IMG/VR virus record: IMGVR_UViG_3300032116_000147 | Location: 4,966-68,965 of that record | DNA length: 64,000 nt | Strand: one strand, 5' to 3' | Source: a virus | Shown: piece by piece, positions 1 through 10,703 of the stretch | Numbering within the stretch: the first letter of the stretch is position 1 | How the letters are laid out: each line of letters starts with the position of its first letter | The notes under the pieces: generated by a model | Seen by the model: the letters and a program-made list of their open reading frames with translations, nothing else | Database searches by the model: none | Told to the model about the DNA's origin: nothing | Program-made: the position numbers and the translations under genes

Positions 1-3000
1 GGTCTTGGTGAGGATACTCCAATTTATCCATGGCCTCAATATATTGTTGCAACAACTTCAAATGATAATAGAGAAAAATATGAGATTAGGTATCCTGGTG
101 AAAGTGATGTTGTTGAACAAACACAAGGTTATCTTTATGAATATTGGCCTGAGATTGAATTTGTTGAAGAATTTATAAGAGCTTATGTTGAAAAAGTTTC
201 TCAAACAGATACTGATACGGAAACTGGATTTAATCAAACCGAAGATGTTAAAAGATTAACACTCAATGCTATTGAATTCCCTATAGGGACTGATGTTTAT
301 TCAAATAAAGAAGAGATTAAATTTTTATTTGAGATATTTGAAAGACTTTTTTATGTTTCATCATATTCAAAACTTAATAGAATAAATTATGATGTTTCTG
401 AATCGGATAAAATTACAAGTTTAATTTCCGATACTGAAAAAATAAATTTATTAAATAGTTTGTCAAATGATAATCCGTTTCTTATACAAAAACTTCAAAA
501 TTACGGATTTAATTCCTCAAATTTTTTATCAATTTTAGAACAATTCTCAAATGAAGGACAAGGACAAAGTTGGCAAAATTTTATAAGGGGAATTTATAAT
601 ACTAGTTATATAAAAAATCAAACAGATAATTTATTATTTGAATTTATAAATCAAGAAGTTTTAACAGATAAAAAAAGTCAACCTATTGTTTCTTTAACTA
701 ATGAAAACGATATTGTAAATTTAATTTCTAATTCAACTAAATCTAATAAATTTGATTTAACTGACACTTATCCATTTACTAATTTTAATTGGGTAAAATC
801 TAACTTAGCTGATGGTAAATCAATACAAAATGTTGATTTATCTTTTGATACCAAAAAAGTATTAAATTTTAACACTCTTAATAAAGTTATATGTAATTTT
901 TCTCAAACAACGTTTAATGCAATCGGAAAACCGTTTAGTAACTTTTTGATGGAGACAATTAATGAACCAACAGGTTACGAAACAAGTCTAACAGATTTTT
1001 ATAACTCAAGAGTTTACCAATATCAAAATGTTACTGAGGGAGACGTTCTTTACGGTGACTATAGTGGAAACGTAACGTCCCTTCAAACTACATCTATGTT
1101 AAACACACCATTTTTTACAAATGCAATACAAGAAGGTGTTGAAAAGTTTAGAAACTATGATACATATCCTTTTGTATCTGCGGCATATTTGTTTATTAAT
1201 AGTTTACCAATTGCGACATTAAGGGAAAAATATAAAACTTATGAAAATGGGGCAACAATTGATTTAGATTATATTTTTGCGACACTTAAAAAGTTTGGGG
1301 CTATCCATAAGGTACCTTACTCTTGGATGGTTAAAATAGGTTCAATTTGGCATCGTTATAAAAAATATACAGAAACAGGTTTTGATATTATTAATTCTTC
1401 ATGGTCATCTTTTGATAAGGTTGCTAACTACGACCCAATCACAAATGACCCAACAAAAATTTATTCATTAGATATAAATGGTTCTGCGGTTGATATTATA
1501 TTAGAAAAAAATACAGTTATTGGGTCTGAAACATCTACAGTTATAAATGTTGGGTTTTATCCAAAACTTATTAATGATTTTAACGTTTTTTACCAAGGAT
1601 TTAATATCATTGATTTTACATACACAGAAGTTGATATTCAAAATGCATTTGCTTCAGGATTAACACTTAATTATGTTGATAGTGCGGTTATTAATTTAGC
1701 TGAAGGATTTGACCCTAATGATGATTTGAGAGATTTGAAAATAACACCTTGGTCAGTATCAGTTAACACTTTAGATTCAAATTATGAATATCCGTTTCCG
1801 TCTGAGGGTAGTTTAATAAATCAAACTAAAAACGAGTGCTTTAATTCTAATGGTCAGATTACCAATGAAGTTTTATCTAATAACTCGGTTTACGATGGTT
1901 CAGTTAGAAATTTTTGGTCATTACCTCATTATGGTTATTTTGATATTTCAAAAATAGTTAAACCTTCACCCGAAGAATATCTTAAAACAATTTTCACTGA
2001 ATCGTCAATTCAATCTAATTTTTCATTTAATAAAAATGGATATGAGTATACAAAAATAAGTGAAATGTTCTCTATTTTTGAAAAACAAGTTTTAGACAGA
2101 TTTGAAATAGAATTTTTAAATTTTTCTAAAACAGTTTATGATTATGAAAGTAATTTGGTTTCGAATTCTGAAACAGAAACAGAGTTTGGGTTCAAAAATT
2201 TTCAGTACATGATGAGACAAATGATGAAAGTTCCAAAACAAACGGGACAAACTGGTGCTGAAGTAGTAAAAAATATTTTACAAAAACAATTTATAAGTGT
2301 TAATGATTATTTAAAACAATTTTTAAATTACGATGTTATTTTTAAATTTGGAAACCCGTCAAGTTTTGATAAAAAATTATTTTATTCATTTTCAAATTTA
2401 CCTTTAGTTGATAAATTTGACCCCGATAGTTATCAAACTACAACACCTAATTCACTTCCGGTTAATGGTGGTAACGTTACATTATTACAATCACAGATTA
2501 ATTATCCAAATGAATGGATTTCTTTAAAAACTTATGTTGGTTTTTCTGAAATTCCCGAACTTACATATAGTGACAATGGTTCATATATCACAGATTTCTT
2601 TATTGATTTTAATATTGCATTTACTGTTAATAATATAAAGTTGTTCGCTCCTATAATTAAAATGTACGCAACTCAAAAACTTAACGGTACACAATCTAAT
2701 CAAATCCAGTCCCAAATACCACCTGCTTCTTTTGTAACTTTAACAGTTGCTAGTGCTAATTTAGAAGGTGGGTATCAAATTTTAATTAAAAAGGGGTTTG
2801 AAAATTCTGAACCTAATTTATGGCCGTTATTATTTGATGAAAATGGAATTCAAGTTTATGAGGGTATACATAATTTTTATTTCCCACCATCAACTTGGAA
2901 TGATGTGTGTCAACAACTTATAAATGATACAATAATTAAAGTTTTTGGTTCATTATCTACAAATCCGTTAGCCCCACAATATATTGTAACACAACAAATT

Positions 3001-4839
3001 GATGCGTTTACTAATTATCCTGTTACAAACAATCCGAATAATAAAATAGGTAAAGAAAAGTTTTTTGAAGTCATGACAAATTATTTACTTGTTATTGAAA
3101 ACTTTCTTAATAAATCACTAAATAATTTATTGATAAGATTAAGAGTTGATTTACCAAATATTACAATTCAAAGTCAAAAAATTAATTCAAGGTTACAAGG
3201 ACCACAAACTAAAGTTGAATTGTGGGAATCTTTTAAAGCTACAAACGACAAATGGATTTCAGGGACAGATTTTAAAAGTAAAACATTATTTGAAGATGTT
3301 TTAATTTTAGATAGGGCTTCAAGGGATATTGGTAGTAAAGTTTTAGTTGATGTTTACGAATTGAAAAATCAATTATCAGATATGAATGTTAAAAGTAATA
3401 TGTTATATTTGGTAAATGAAATATTGTCACATAACCACTTTGTTGTTATGAATGTACCTGCTTATATGAACTTTTATAATGTTCAAAATGCTACAAAAAA
3501 TCCTATACCTAAATTTGAGGGAACTAACGATTTTGCTAATAGTTTATTCGGTAGTTTTTTGAATGTTGATTATCGAAATTCATCAACAAAAATGGTTTGT
3601 TTTTACGGTGGAAAATTAAGTGAATATTTAGATATTAAAAGTGTTGATTTTAGATATAAAAATGATGCGTTTGATTTAACAAAGGATAATCCTTTAATTG
3701 AAAATCAAATAGGTAAAAATGATTGGGATAAATCTAATAGAGTAGTTGGTTTTAATGTTGATATAGGTACTCAAAATCAAACAATATTTAAAGGTTTCAG
3801 TGTATCTCAAAATAATGGACTATCAACTGCGGAAAGTTTAGCTATTTTAAATGAAATGGCTAATCAGGCTGGTAATCGAGGTGGAGCAACTCAAAATCTT
3901 TCATTATATAACTTATATAAAAATAGAAGTTATGCTTGTAGTATAGATATGCTTGGTAACGCTATGATTCAACCAACAATGTACTTTAATTTAAGGTATG
4001 TACCAATGTTTAGTGGACCTTATATGATTACAGGGGTTAGACATACTATAGTACCTGGTAATTTCTCAACTACAGTTACAGGTCAAAGACAACCTATATA
4101 TTCTTTACCACAATTAGATGAATACTTACAAAGTATTAAAACAAATTTATTAGAAGGTATTTTAGAGAAAGTTAAAAAATCTGATGTGAGTGAGTCGGCA
4201 CCTAATACAGGAATTAATCAAAATGCTCAAACAAGTAATATTGAAAATAGTATTCAAACAACCAATGTCGCTAGTAATCAAGTAACACAAAGTTGTATTG
4301 ATTTACTTTCAAGTGAATATGATTATAGCCCAAGTGATAATCCAAAATCTACAAGTTTATCTTATGAGATTATGGTTAATAATATCACAAATTCAACTTC
4401 AGATGTATTACTACAAAAGATTATTTTTGCAACTTTTTATATACAAAGTGGTAACTTTAATAACAGTGGAGCATTCCAAAAATTTAATAGTTGGGAAAAT
4501 AATTATGGTAAAATAACTTTAAATCAATATTGGGGCGGAAGCTCAAGTTATTTTGGTGATGATAAAAAGTTTTGGTGTAGTAGTACATCAATACCAATGG
4601 CAAGTTTTTCTAATGTAAGAAAATCAGTCGACTTTTTAGTTGCTAGATGGGCGTCAAGAATTGTAACTACAAGTGATACTCCTGAAAGTATTTCAGACTT
4701 TATTTCATTGAATTGGAATAAGAGTAATGTTAGTGAATCAATATCAGTTTCTGAGACGAATAACTCTAATTTAACAATTAATTATGTAACTATTGTTACC
4801 GAAGCTTTGGAATTATTTAATTCAATTACAAACAGATAA
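1..4839 (+). CDS. Very large virion structural protein, probable baseplate hub/tail-associated protein (5' truncated)
   Basis: Frame 1 is open from base 1 (GLGEDTPIYPWPQY...), so the TTG at 460 is not the true start. The C-terminal region (YACSIDMLGNAMIQPTMYFNL..PMFSGPYMITGVRHTI..GNFSTTVTG) resembles the end of gp27/late-control-D-type hub proteins. Confidence 0.6.
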   Translation, partial: GLGEDTPIYPWPQYIVATTSNDNREKYEIRYPGESDVVEQTQGYLYEYWPEIEFVEEFIRAYVEKVSQTDTDTETGFNQTEDVKRLTLNAIEFPIGTDVYSNKEEIKFLFEIFERLFYVSSYSKLNRINYDVSESDKITSLISDTEKINLLNSLSNDNPFLIQKLQNYGFNSSNFLSILEQFSNEGQGQSWQNFIRGIYNTSYIKNQTDNLLFEFINQEVLTDKKSQPIVSLTNENDIVNLISNSTKSNKFDLTDTYPFTNFNWVKSNLADGKSIQNVDLSFDTKKVLNFNTLNKVICNFSQTTFNAIGKPFSNFLMETINEPTGYETSLTDFYNSRVYQYQNVTEGDVLYGDYSGNVTSLQTTSMLNTPFFTNAIQEGVEKFRNYDTYPFVSAAYLFINSLPIATLREKYKTYENGATIDLDYIFATLKKFGAIHKVPYSWMVKIGSIWHRYKKYTETGFDIINSSWSSFDKVANYDPITNDPTKIYSLDINGSAVDIILEKNTVIGSETSTVINVGFYPKLINDFNVFYQGFNIIDFTYTEVDIQNAFASGLTLNYVDSAVINLAEGFDPNDDLRDLKITPWSVSVNTLDSNYEYPFPSEGSLINQTKNECFNSNGQITNEVLSNNSVYDGSVRNFWSLPHYGYFDISKIVKPSPEEYLKTIFTESSIQSNFSFNKNGYEYTKISEMFSIFEKQVLDRFEIEFLNFSKTVYDYESNLVSNSETETEFGFKNFQYMMRQMMKVPKQTGQTGAEVVKNILQKQFISVNDYLKQFLNYDVIFKFGNPSSFDKKLFYSFSNLPLVDKFDPDSYQTTTPNSLPVNGGNVTLLQSQINYPNEWISLKTYVGFSEIPELTYSDNGSYITDFFIDFNIAFTVNNIKLFAPIIKMYATQKLNGTQSNQIQSQIPPASFVTLTVASANLEGGYQILIKKGFENSEPNLWPLLFDENGIQVYEGIHNFYFPPSTWNDVCQQLINDTIIKVFGSLSTNPLAPQYIVTQQIDAFTNYPVTNNPNNKIGKEKFFEVMTNYLLVIENFLNKSLNNLLIRLRVDLPNITIQSQKINSRLQGPQTKVELWESFKATNDKWISGTDFKSKTLFEDVLILDRASRDIGSKVLVDVYELKNQLSDMNVKSNMLYLVNEILSHNHFVVMNVPAYMNFYNVQNATKNPIPKFEGTNDFANSLFGSFLNVDYRNSSTKMVCFYGGKLSEYLDIKSVDFRYKNDAFDLTKDNPLIENQIGKNDWDKSNRVVGFNVDIGTQNQTIFKGFSVSQNNGLSTAESLAILNEMANQAGNRGGATQNLSLYNLYKNRSYACSIDMLGNAMIQPTMYFNLRYVPMFSGPYMITGVRHTIVPGNFSTTVTGQRQPIYSLPQLDEYLQSIKTNLLEGILEKVKKSDVSESAPNTGINQNAQTSNIENSIQTTNVASNQVTQSCIDLLSSEYDYSPSDNPKSTSLSYEIMVNNITNSTSDVLLQKIIFATFYIQSGNFNNSGAFQKFNSWENNYGKITLNQYWGGSSSYFGDDKKFWCSSTSIPMASFSNVRKSVDFLVARWASRIVTTSDTPESISDFISLNWNKSNVSESISVSETNNSNLTINYVTIVTEALELFNSITNR

Positions 4840-4865
4840 TACTTAAACATTTTTGGTTTATTAGA

Positions 4866-4873
4866 TATTTATA
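4866..4873 (+). promoter_or_regulatory. TATTTAT(A) element, putative late promoter
   Basis: Same heptamer lies upstream of many gene starts (9287, 14155, 15110, 17480, 26574, 35156, 50909, 52602, 54858, 59926, 61565; minus strand 42596 and 60491). Confidence 0.65.
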
Positions 4874-4886
4874 AAAAAATGTAATT

Positions 4887-5111
4887 ATGAATACAAAAGA
4901 TTTATTAGACAAATATTTGGGAAAGAATTCTAGAATTTCAGAAAGAGATACTGGAAACGGTTATAAAGAAGTTTGTGATTTAGACACAGGTGATTGTTAT
5001 ACTGTACGAATGAAAGATGGTTTAATTGAAAGATTTGACCATTCAGTACAAAAATCAAAAAGAATACAAGTAGAAACCACTAAAGGGATTAAACAATTAT
5101 TAAACGGATAA
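4887..5111 (+). CDS. Hypothetical protein, 74 aa
   Basis: ATG 13 nt after the TATTTATA motif; abuts the next gene; CDLDTGDC motif. Confidence 0.75.
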   Translation: MNTKDLLDKYLGKNSRISERDTGNGYKEVCDLDTGDCYTVRMKDGLIERFDHSVQKSKRIQVETTKGIKQLLNG

Positions 5112-5112
5112 A

Positions 5113-5796
5113 ATGAAAATCGATTTACAAATTTTAGAAGAATTAAAAAGATATAATCAAATAAATGATTATATTTTGGAACAAGAAGTAGCTTTACCAC
5201 CAGCTCCTGGTGGGGATGCGGGAGCACCTGTTCCACCACCCGCGGATGCACCTGTAGATGCTGCTGGAGCGGCTGCAACACCACCACCTCCGACACCTAA
5301 TGAATCTCCGGCACCTGTTGATACGAATACTGACCCTGATGTTGAAAAGTTAGATGATGAAGGTAAGTCTGAAGAAAAGAAAGATAAAAAGGGTGAAGAA
5401 ATTGAGATAACCGATTTAGTAAAATCTCAAAAAAATATCGAAGATAAACAAGAAGAATATTTTGATAATTTATTCAAACATTTAGGTGATTTAGAAGATA
5501 AATTATCTAATATGGATAATATTTTAGATAAACTTAATGATTTAGAAAGTAAAATTGAAAAATATAGAGTTAAAACACCACAAGAAAAATTGGAATTAAG
5601 AACGCTAGATTCTGGTCCATATAATCAGAAACTTTCAGATTTTTTTGAAGATAAAGAAGATGACTTTGAAAAAACTGGAAAAAATGAATATGTTTTAACT
5701 CAAAAAGAAATTTCAGATTATTCACCGATTGACATTAAAAAAAGCTTTAGAGATTTTGGTGATGAAAACATGGGTGATTTTGTAAACGTAAGATAA
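5113..5796 (+). CDS. Hypothetical acidic protein with Pro/Ala-rich linker and coiled coil, possibly head-associated
   Basis: 227-aa ORF; leader ILEELKRYNQINDYILEQ, PPAP linker, heptad region; followed by a terminator. Confidence 0.75.
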   Translation: MKIDLQILEELKRYNQINDYILEQEVALPPAPGGDAGAPVPPPADAPVDAAGAAATPPPPTPNESPAPVDTNTDPDVEKLDDEGKSEEKKDKKGEEIEITDLVKSQKNIEDKQEEYFDNLFKHLGDLEDKLSNMDNILDKLNDLESKIEKYRVKTPQEKLELRTLDSGPYNQKLSDFFEDKEDDFEKTGKNEYVLTQKEISDYSPIDIKKSFRDFGDENMGDFVNVR

Positions 5797-5800
5797 ATAC

Positions 5801-5822
5801 ACGGTCTTCGGACCGTTTTTTT
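5801..5822 (+). terminator. Intrinsic terminator
   Basis: ACGGTC-TTCG-GACCGT hairpin (cUUCGg tetraloop) followed by a T run. Confidence 0.9.
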
Positions 5823-5833
5823 ATCTAACTCAT

Positions 5834-5862
5834 TTGACTATACTACGGCTGACACTTATAAT
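5834..5862 (+). promoter_or_regulatory. Sigma70-type promoter for the replication block
   Basis: TTGACT-17 nt-TATAAT between the terminator and the SSB start. Confidence 0.75.
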
Positions 5863-5886
5863 TAGTAAACAATTAAATTAACACAT

Positions 5887-6735
5887 ATGGCGACAAACAA
5901 TTCTCTAGACGCTGTTCTTGCACAGTACGAACAAGCGACAAAAGGTGGTTCATCTTCTACCTCAATGACACAAGATGAAAGAATGAAAAAATACTTTGCA
6001 GCTATCCTTAAGGATAACGAAAAACAAGGTCAAAAAAGGTTACGTATTCTCCCTACAAAAGACGGCTCATCACCTTTCAAAGAGGTATGGTACCACGAAG
6101 TACAAATTGATGGAAAGTGGAATAAAATTTACGACCCAGGAAAAAACGACAATGAACGTTCACCTTTGACCGAAGTTTATGAAGAACTTATGTCAACAGG
6201 TAAAGAGTCGGACAAAGAACTTGCTAAACAATATAAACCAAGAAAGTTTTATATTCTTAAAGTTGTTGACCGTGATAACGAACAAGATGGAGTTAAGTTT
6301 TGGCGTTTTAAACACAACTATAAAAACGAAGGAATTCTTGATAAGATTATCCCAATTTTTAGAGCTAAAGGTGATATAACAGACCCTGAAAAAGGAAGAG
6401 ATATTATCTTAGAATTAACTAAAGCTAAGACCCCAAAAGGTGCTACATACACAGTTATCCAAACTATTATGTATGATGACCCAACGTCGGTTCATGAAGA
6501 TAAAGCGACTGCTGATTCATGGGTTAACGATGCGTTATCTTGGTCGGATGTTTATTCTAAAAAACCTGTAGAATACTTGGAAGCGATTGCAAGAGGTGAA
6601 GTACCTCGTTGGGACTCTGATGCTGGTAAATATGTTTATGGAAATTCTGAGGAATCTCTTATTTCTATCGGTGGAAACACACCAATAGTTGACCCACAAG
6701 CTGGCAACGAACCTGATGGTGATTTACCATTCTAA
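5887..6735 (+). CDS. Single-stranded DNA-binding protein, T4 gp32-like
   Basis: LRILP..PF..VWYH, KFWRF, DITDPEKGRDI motifs; acidic tail ending DGDLPF; first gene before recA. Confidence 0.85.
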   Translation: MATNNSLDAVLAQYEQATKGGSSSTSMTQDERMKKYFAAILKDNEKQGQKRLRILPTKDGSSPFKEVWYHEVQIDGKWNKIYDPGKNDNERSPLTEVYEELMSTGKESDKELAKQYKPRKFYILKVVDRDNEQDGVKFWRFKHNYKNEGILDKIIPIFRAKGDITDPEKGRDIILELTKAKTPKGATYTVIQTIMYDDPTSVHEDKATADSWVNDALSWSDVYSKKPVEYLEAIARGEVPRWDSDAGKYVYGNSEESLISIGGNTPIVDPQAGNEPDGDLPF

Positions 6736-6740
6736 TATTT

Positions 6741-6788
6741 AAGAGTTTGGACATCTACTTAGACAAGGTGTCCAAACTCTTATTTTTT
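6741..6788 (+). terminator. Long hairpin terminator/attenuator between ssb and recA
   Basis: AAGAGTTTGGACATCT / AGGTGTCCAAACTCTT 16-bp stem (one G-U) followed by ATTTTTT. Confidence 0.8.
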
Positions 6789-6818
6789 AACAAATTTTTA
6801 ACTAACACTTAGACATTA

Positions 6819-7808
6819 ATGGCAATTAAGAAAAAAGAAATTGGATTAGATTCTATTAAATCCAAATTTTCATCAAAAACAAAATATAAACCTGAAAGTT
6901 ACTACAATTGTGGAGATGCTTTCATGGGTGCGTGTGGATTACCAGGTCCTGTTATGGGTGGTATAAACATGTTTTTAGGTCATTCTAATTCATCTAAGAC
7001 GACTGCGATGATATTAGCTGCGGCTGATGCTCAGAAAAAAGGACATTTACCTGTTTTCATTATTACAGAAAAAAAATGGTCTTGGACTCACGCAGTTGAA
7101 TTAGGTTTATCGGCATCTCAAAACTCTGAGGGTGAATGGGACGGTGATTTCATTTTTAACGATAGTTTTGACTATATTGAACAAGCTACTGATTTCATTA
7201 ATGAAGTATTGGACGCTCAAGAAAAAGGTGATTTACCATATAATTTACTATTTTTGTGGGATTCTGTTGGAAGTATTCCTTGTAAAATGACATTTGAAGG
7301 TAAAGGTGGAAAAATGCACAACGCTTCTACACTTGCTGATAAGATTGGTATGGGAATACATTCAAGAATTAGTAAATCTAAAAAAGAAGAGTATCCTTAT
7401 TATAACACAATGGTAGTTGTAAACCAACCTTGGGTAGATTTACCTGATAACCCATTTGGACAACCTGAAATCAAGGCAAAAGGTGGTGAAGCGTTATGGT
7501 TAGCATCTGCTTTAGTGTTCTTATTTGGAAATCAGAAAAAGGCTGGTATTAATCATATTACTGCGACAAAAAATGGTAGAACTGTTCGTTACGCAATTAG
7601 AACCAAAATCTCTATTTTGAAAAACCACGTAAATGGTTTAGGTTATAGTGATGGTAAGATTATTGCCGTACCACAGGGTTATATTTCAGATACTAAAGAG
7701 GCTTTAGAAAACTACAAGAAAGAATTCTCACAGTATTGGAACGCTGTTTTAACAGGTACTGGTGAAATTCTTCTTGACGAAGAAGTTGTTGATGAGTCTG
7801 ACATCTAA
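6819..7808 (+). CDS. recA: RecA/UvsX-like recombinase
   Basis: Variant Walker A GHSNSSKTT, FIITE, Walker B LFLWDSVGS, VVNQ, KGGEAL, KNHV. Confidence 0.85.
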   Translation: MAIKKKEIGLDSIKSKFSSKTKYKPESYYNCGDAFMGACGLPGPVMGGINMFLGHSNSSKTTAMILAAADAQKKGHLPVFIITEKKWSWTHAVELGLSASQNSEGEWDGDFIFNDSFDYIEQATDFINEVLDAQEKGDLPYNLLFLWDSVGSIPCKMTFEGKGGKMHNASTLADKIGMGIHSRISKSKKEEYPYYNTMVVVNQPWVDLPDNPFGQPEIKAKGGEALWLASALVFLFGNQKKAGINHITATKNGRTVRYAIRTKISILKNHVNGLGYSDGKIIAVPQGYISDTKEALENYKKEFSQYWNAVLTGTGEILLDEEVVDESDI

Positions 7809-7819
7809 AATTAAATTAA

Positions 7820-8830
7820 GTGATTAAAACACTATTAATTGACGGTAACAATTTATTAAAAATCGGTTTTCATGGGGTAAAAGATTTCTTCCATGAAGGG
7901 AAACACGTTGGGGGTATTTGGCATTTTCTGAATACCACCCGACGTTTTATTGAAGAACAAAACTTTGATAAAGTTGTTGTTTTTTGGGATGGTGAAGATA
8001 GTTCCTCTACTCGAAAATTAATTTATCCTCAATACAAAGAAAATCGTAAAATTTATAAAGAAGACTTTAAGGAACAATCTTTTGCTGAACAAAAACAACG
8101 AGTTAAACAATATCTTGAAGAGATGTTTGTTAGACAGGTTGATATTGACAATAATGAGGCGGATGATTTAATTGCTTATTACTGTAAGATATCAACAAAC
8201 GAAACTATAACCATTTTTTCAGGTGATAGGGACTTAACTCAACTTATTAGTGATAATGTCTCAATCTATTCCCCAAACACAAAATTAACATATAAAAATG
8301 GTGATTTTATTAGATTATATGAAGCTGAAATACCTCATTATAATGTTATAACTTACAAAGTGTTATCTGGTGATAAATCTGATAATATTGATGGTATCTA
8401 TTTTTTAGGTGAAAAAACTTTTATTAAATTATTTCCTGAAATACTTGAAAAACCGACATCTGTTTCCGATATTTTAACAAGAGCGGAAATGTTATTCGCT
8501 GAAGACAAAGAAAACAAAGTATTACAAAATTTACTCACAGGTAAAACCAAATCAGGTATCTATGGAAATGAATTTTTTGAGATTAACACAAAAATCGTGG
8601 ATTTATCTAATCCGTTAATCACAGAAGAAGGAAAAGAAATTGTTGAACTTTATTATAAAGAAACATTAGACCCCGAAGGTAGAGGGTATAGAAATCTTAT
8701 TCGCATGATGATGGAAGATGGATTTTTTAAATTTTTACCAAAAGGAGACGAAGCTTGGGTTAACTTTGTAAAACCATTTTTAAAACTAACAAGAAAAGAA
8801 AAGAAAAAATATCAAACAAACAAAAAATAA
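7820..8830 (+). CDS. 5'-3' exonuclease/flap endonuclease (PolA N-terminal, T4 RNase H-like)
   Basis: LLIDGNNL, VFWDG, YKENR, EADDLIA, SGDRDLTQL, GDKSDNIDGI..LGEKT. Confidence 0.92.
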   Translation: MIKTLLIDGNNLLKIGFHGVKDFFHEGKHVGGIWHFLNTTRRFIEEQNFDKVVVFWDGEDSSSTRKLIYPQYKENRKIYKEDFKEQSFAEQKQRVKQYLEEMFVRQVDIDNNEADDLIAYYCKISTNETITIFSGDRDLTQLISDNVSIYSPNTKLTYKNGDFIRLYEAEIPHYNVITYKVLSGDKSDNIDGIYFLGEKTFIKLFPEILEKPTSVSDILTRAEMLFAEDKENKVLQNLLTGKTKSGIYGNEFFEINTKIVDLSNPLITEEGKEIVELYYKETLDPEGRGYRNLIRMMMEDGFFKFLPKGDEAWVNFVKPFLKLTRKEKKKYQTNKK

Positions 8831-8833
8831 ATT

Positions 8834-9286
8834 ATGAAAGAACAAGATTTAACCAAATTAGAATTTTTGATGAAAGTGAATGACAACATCATTGTTCAAA
8901 GATTTTTCAATGTTAGGAATTATAATCCTAAAGCAAAAAATTCTGATGACCTTTATGAATATATAAAGGATTTTAAAGATGAAATGTGTCATATTTTGAA
9001 AATGAAAACTGTGGACTACATGTTACAAAATTCATACGAAATCATGGAAAATCCTGAGATTCTTGAAACCTCTTTTGTTGACGGACCGGAGTATTTTTCA
9101 CTCATTATTAAAAATAATGATATGACAATTTGTCATAGATTATTTGACGCAAAAATCTACCCACCTAAAATAAGATACACCGTAGACATACGTCCGCAAA
9201 TAAAAAGTTTATTGTCAGATTTGACAGAGATTTTCTCGACAGAAAACTTAACATTTGCTAACTACGAAATTCCTGTAGAGGGGTAA
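8834..9286 (+). CDS. Hypothetical protein in the replication operon
   Basis: 150-aa ORF tightly packed between exonuclease and helicase. Confidence 0.75.
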   Translation: MKEQDLTKLEFLMKVNDNIIVQRFFNVRNYNPKAKNSDDLYEYIKDFKDEMCHILKMKTVDYMLQNSYEIMENPEILETSFVDGPEYFSLIIKNNDMTICHRLFDAKIYPPKIRYTVDIRPQIKSLLSDLTEIFSTENLTFANYEIPVEG

Positions 9287-9315
9287 TATTTATCAATTAC
9301 AAGAATAAAAAAATT

Positions 9316-10698
9316 ATGGCGACAATTAAAAATTTTGACTATCTCGGTCCTACATTTCAGATTCAATTAATGAATCAGATTATTGTAGACAAAGAGTTCG
9401 GAAGGTCCATAATTGATGTAATTGAAACAAACTATTTCGAAAATAAATACTTCAAAATTATCATGCAAATGATTAGGGAGTATTATTCAAAGTACGAGCA
9501 CACACCTACTTTTGATACTTTGGAACAGATAACAAAATCTGAATTACAACAAGAATTGGCATCCAAAATCGTACTTGATACGATTACTAAAATAAAAGAA
9601 ACATCTACTGAAGGTGGTCAGTTTGTTCAAGAAAAAGCTCTTAAATTTTGTAAACAACAAGAGTTACAAAAGGCAATCACAAAGGCTCAAAAAGTCATTG
9701 ATGGAGGTGAATTTGAGAACTATGACACATTAGAACAATTAATCAAAGAAGCATTACAAGTTGGGGAAAGAGAAGATGGAATGTCGGATGTATTCTCCAA
9801 TCTTGATGATGTGTTAAATGAGGATTATAGACATCCAATTCCTATGGGAATACCTGGTATTGATAGATTATTGAAAGGTGGATTGGCAAAAGGTGAAATA
9901 GGTGTGATTTTAGCCCCGACAGGTGTTGGTAAATCAACGTTTTTAACTAAAATCTCAAATCACGCATATAATTTAGGTTACAATGTACTTCAAATATTTT
10001 TTGAGGACAATCCTAAAATTATCCAAAGAAAACATTTCACATTATGGACCAAAGTTCATCCTGATGAACTATCAATCAAAAAGGATGAAGTAATGTCTAA
10101 AGTTAAAGAAATTGAGGATAAAATGGAGAACAAGTTACTTCTTCAAAAATTACCATCAGATACTTTGACAATGCTTCAGATTAAAAACATGATTCGAAAA
10201 ATGATTGCGGATGGTGTTAAATTAGATATGGTTCTTTTAGATTATATTGATTGTGTGGTACCTGATAAAAATTTAGGTGACGAATGGAAATCTGAAGGTT
10301 CTGTTATGAGAGGTTTTGAAGCTATGTGTCATGAATTAGATTTAGTTGGATGGACTGCAACACAAGGAAATAGAAGTTCTATATCTTCAGAAGTAGTTAC
10401 AACTGACCAAATGGGTGGGTCAATTAAAAAGGCTCAAGTTGGTCACGTAATCATATCGGTTGCTAAAAGTTTACAACAAAAAGAAATGAAATTGGCAACA
10501 ATTGCGATAACTAAATCAAGAATTGGTGATGATGGAGTTGTATTTGAGAATTGTAAATTTGATAACGGATATTTAGATATTGACACAGATAGTTCAGTTA
10601 CGTTTTTAGGACTTGAGGAACAAAACGAAGAGAAAAAACGACAAAGAATTCAAGAATTATTACAAAAAAGAAAAGAAAGAGAACAACAAAATAATTAA
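9316..10698 (+). CDS. Replicative DNA helicase, DnaB/T4 gp41 family
   Basis: Walker [27 protein letters not shown]. Confidence 0.92.
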   Translation: MATIKNFDYLGPTFQIQLMNQIIVDKEFGRSIIDVIETNYFENKYFKIIMQMIREYYSKYEHTPTFDTLEQITKSELQQELASKIVLDTITKIKETSTEGGQFVQEKALKFCKQQELQKAITKAQKVIDGGEFENYDTLEQLIKEALQVGEREDGMSDVFSNLDDVLNEDYRHPIPMGIPGIDRLLKGGLAKGEIGVILAPTGVGKSTFLTKISNHAYNLGYNVLQIFFEDNPKIIQRKHFTLWTKVHPDELSIKKDEVMSKVKEIEDKMENKLLLQKLPSDTLTMLQIKNMIRKMIADGVKLDMVLLDYIDCVVPDKNLGDEWKSEGSVMRGFEAMCHELDLVGWTATQGNRSSISSEVVTTDQMGGSIKKAQVGHVIISVAKSLQQKEMKLATIAITKSRIGDDGVVFENCKFDNGYLDIDTDSSVTFLGLEEQNEEKKRQRIQELLQKRKEREQQNN

Positions 10699-10703
10699 TT
10701 AAT

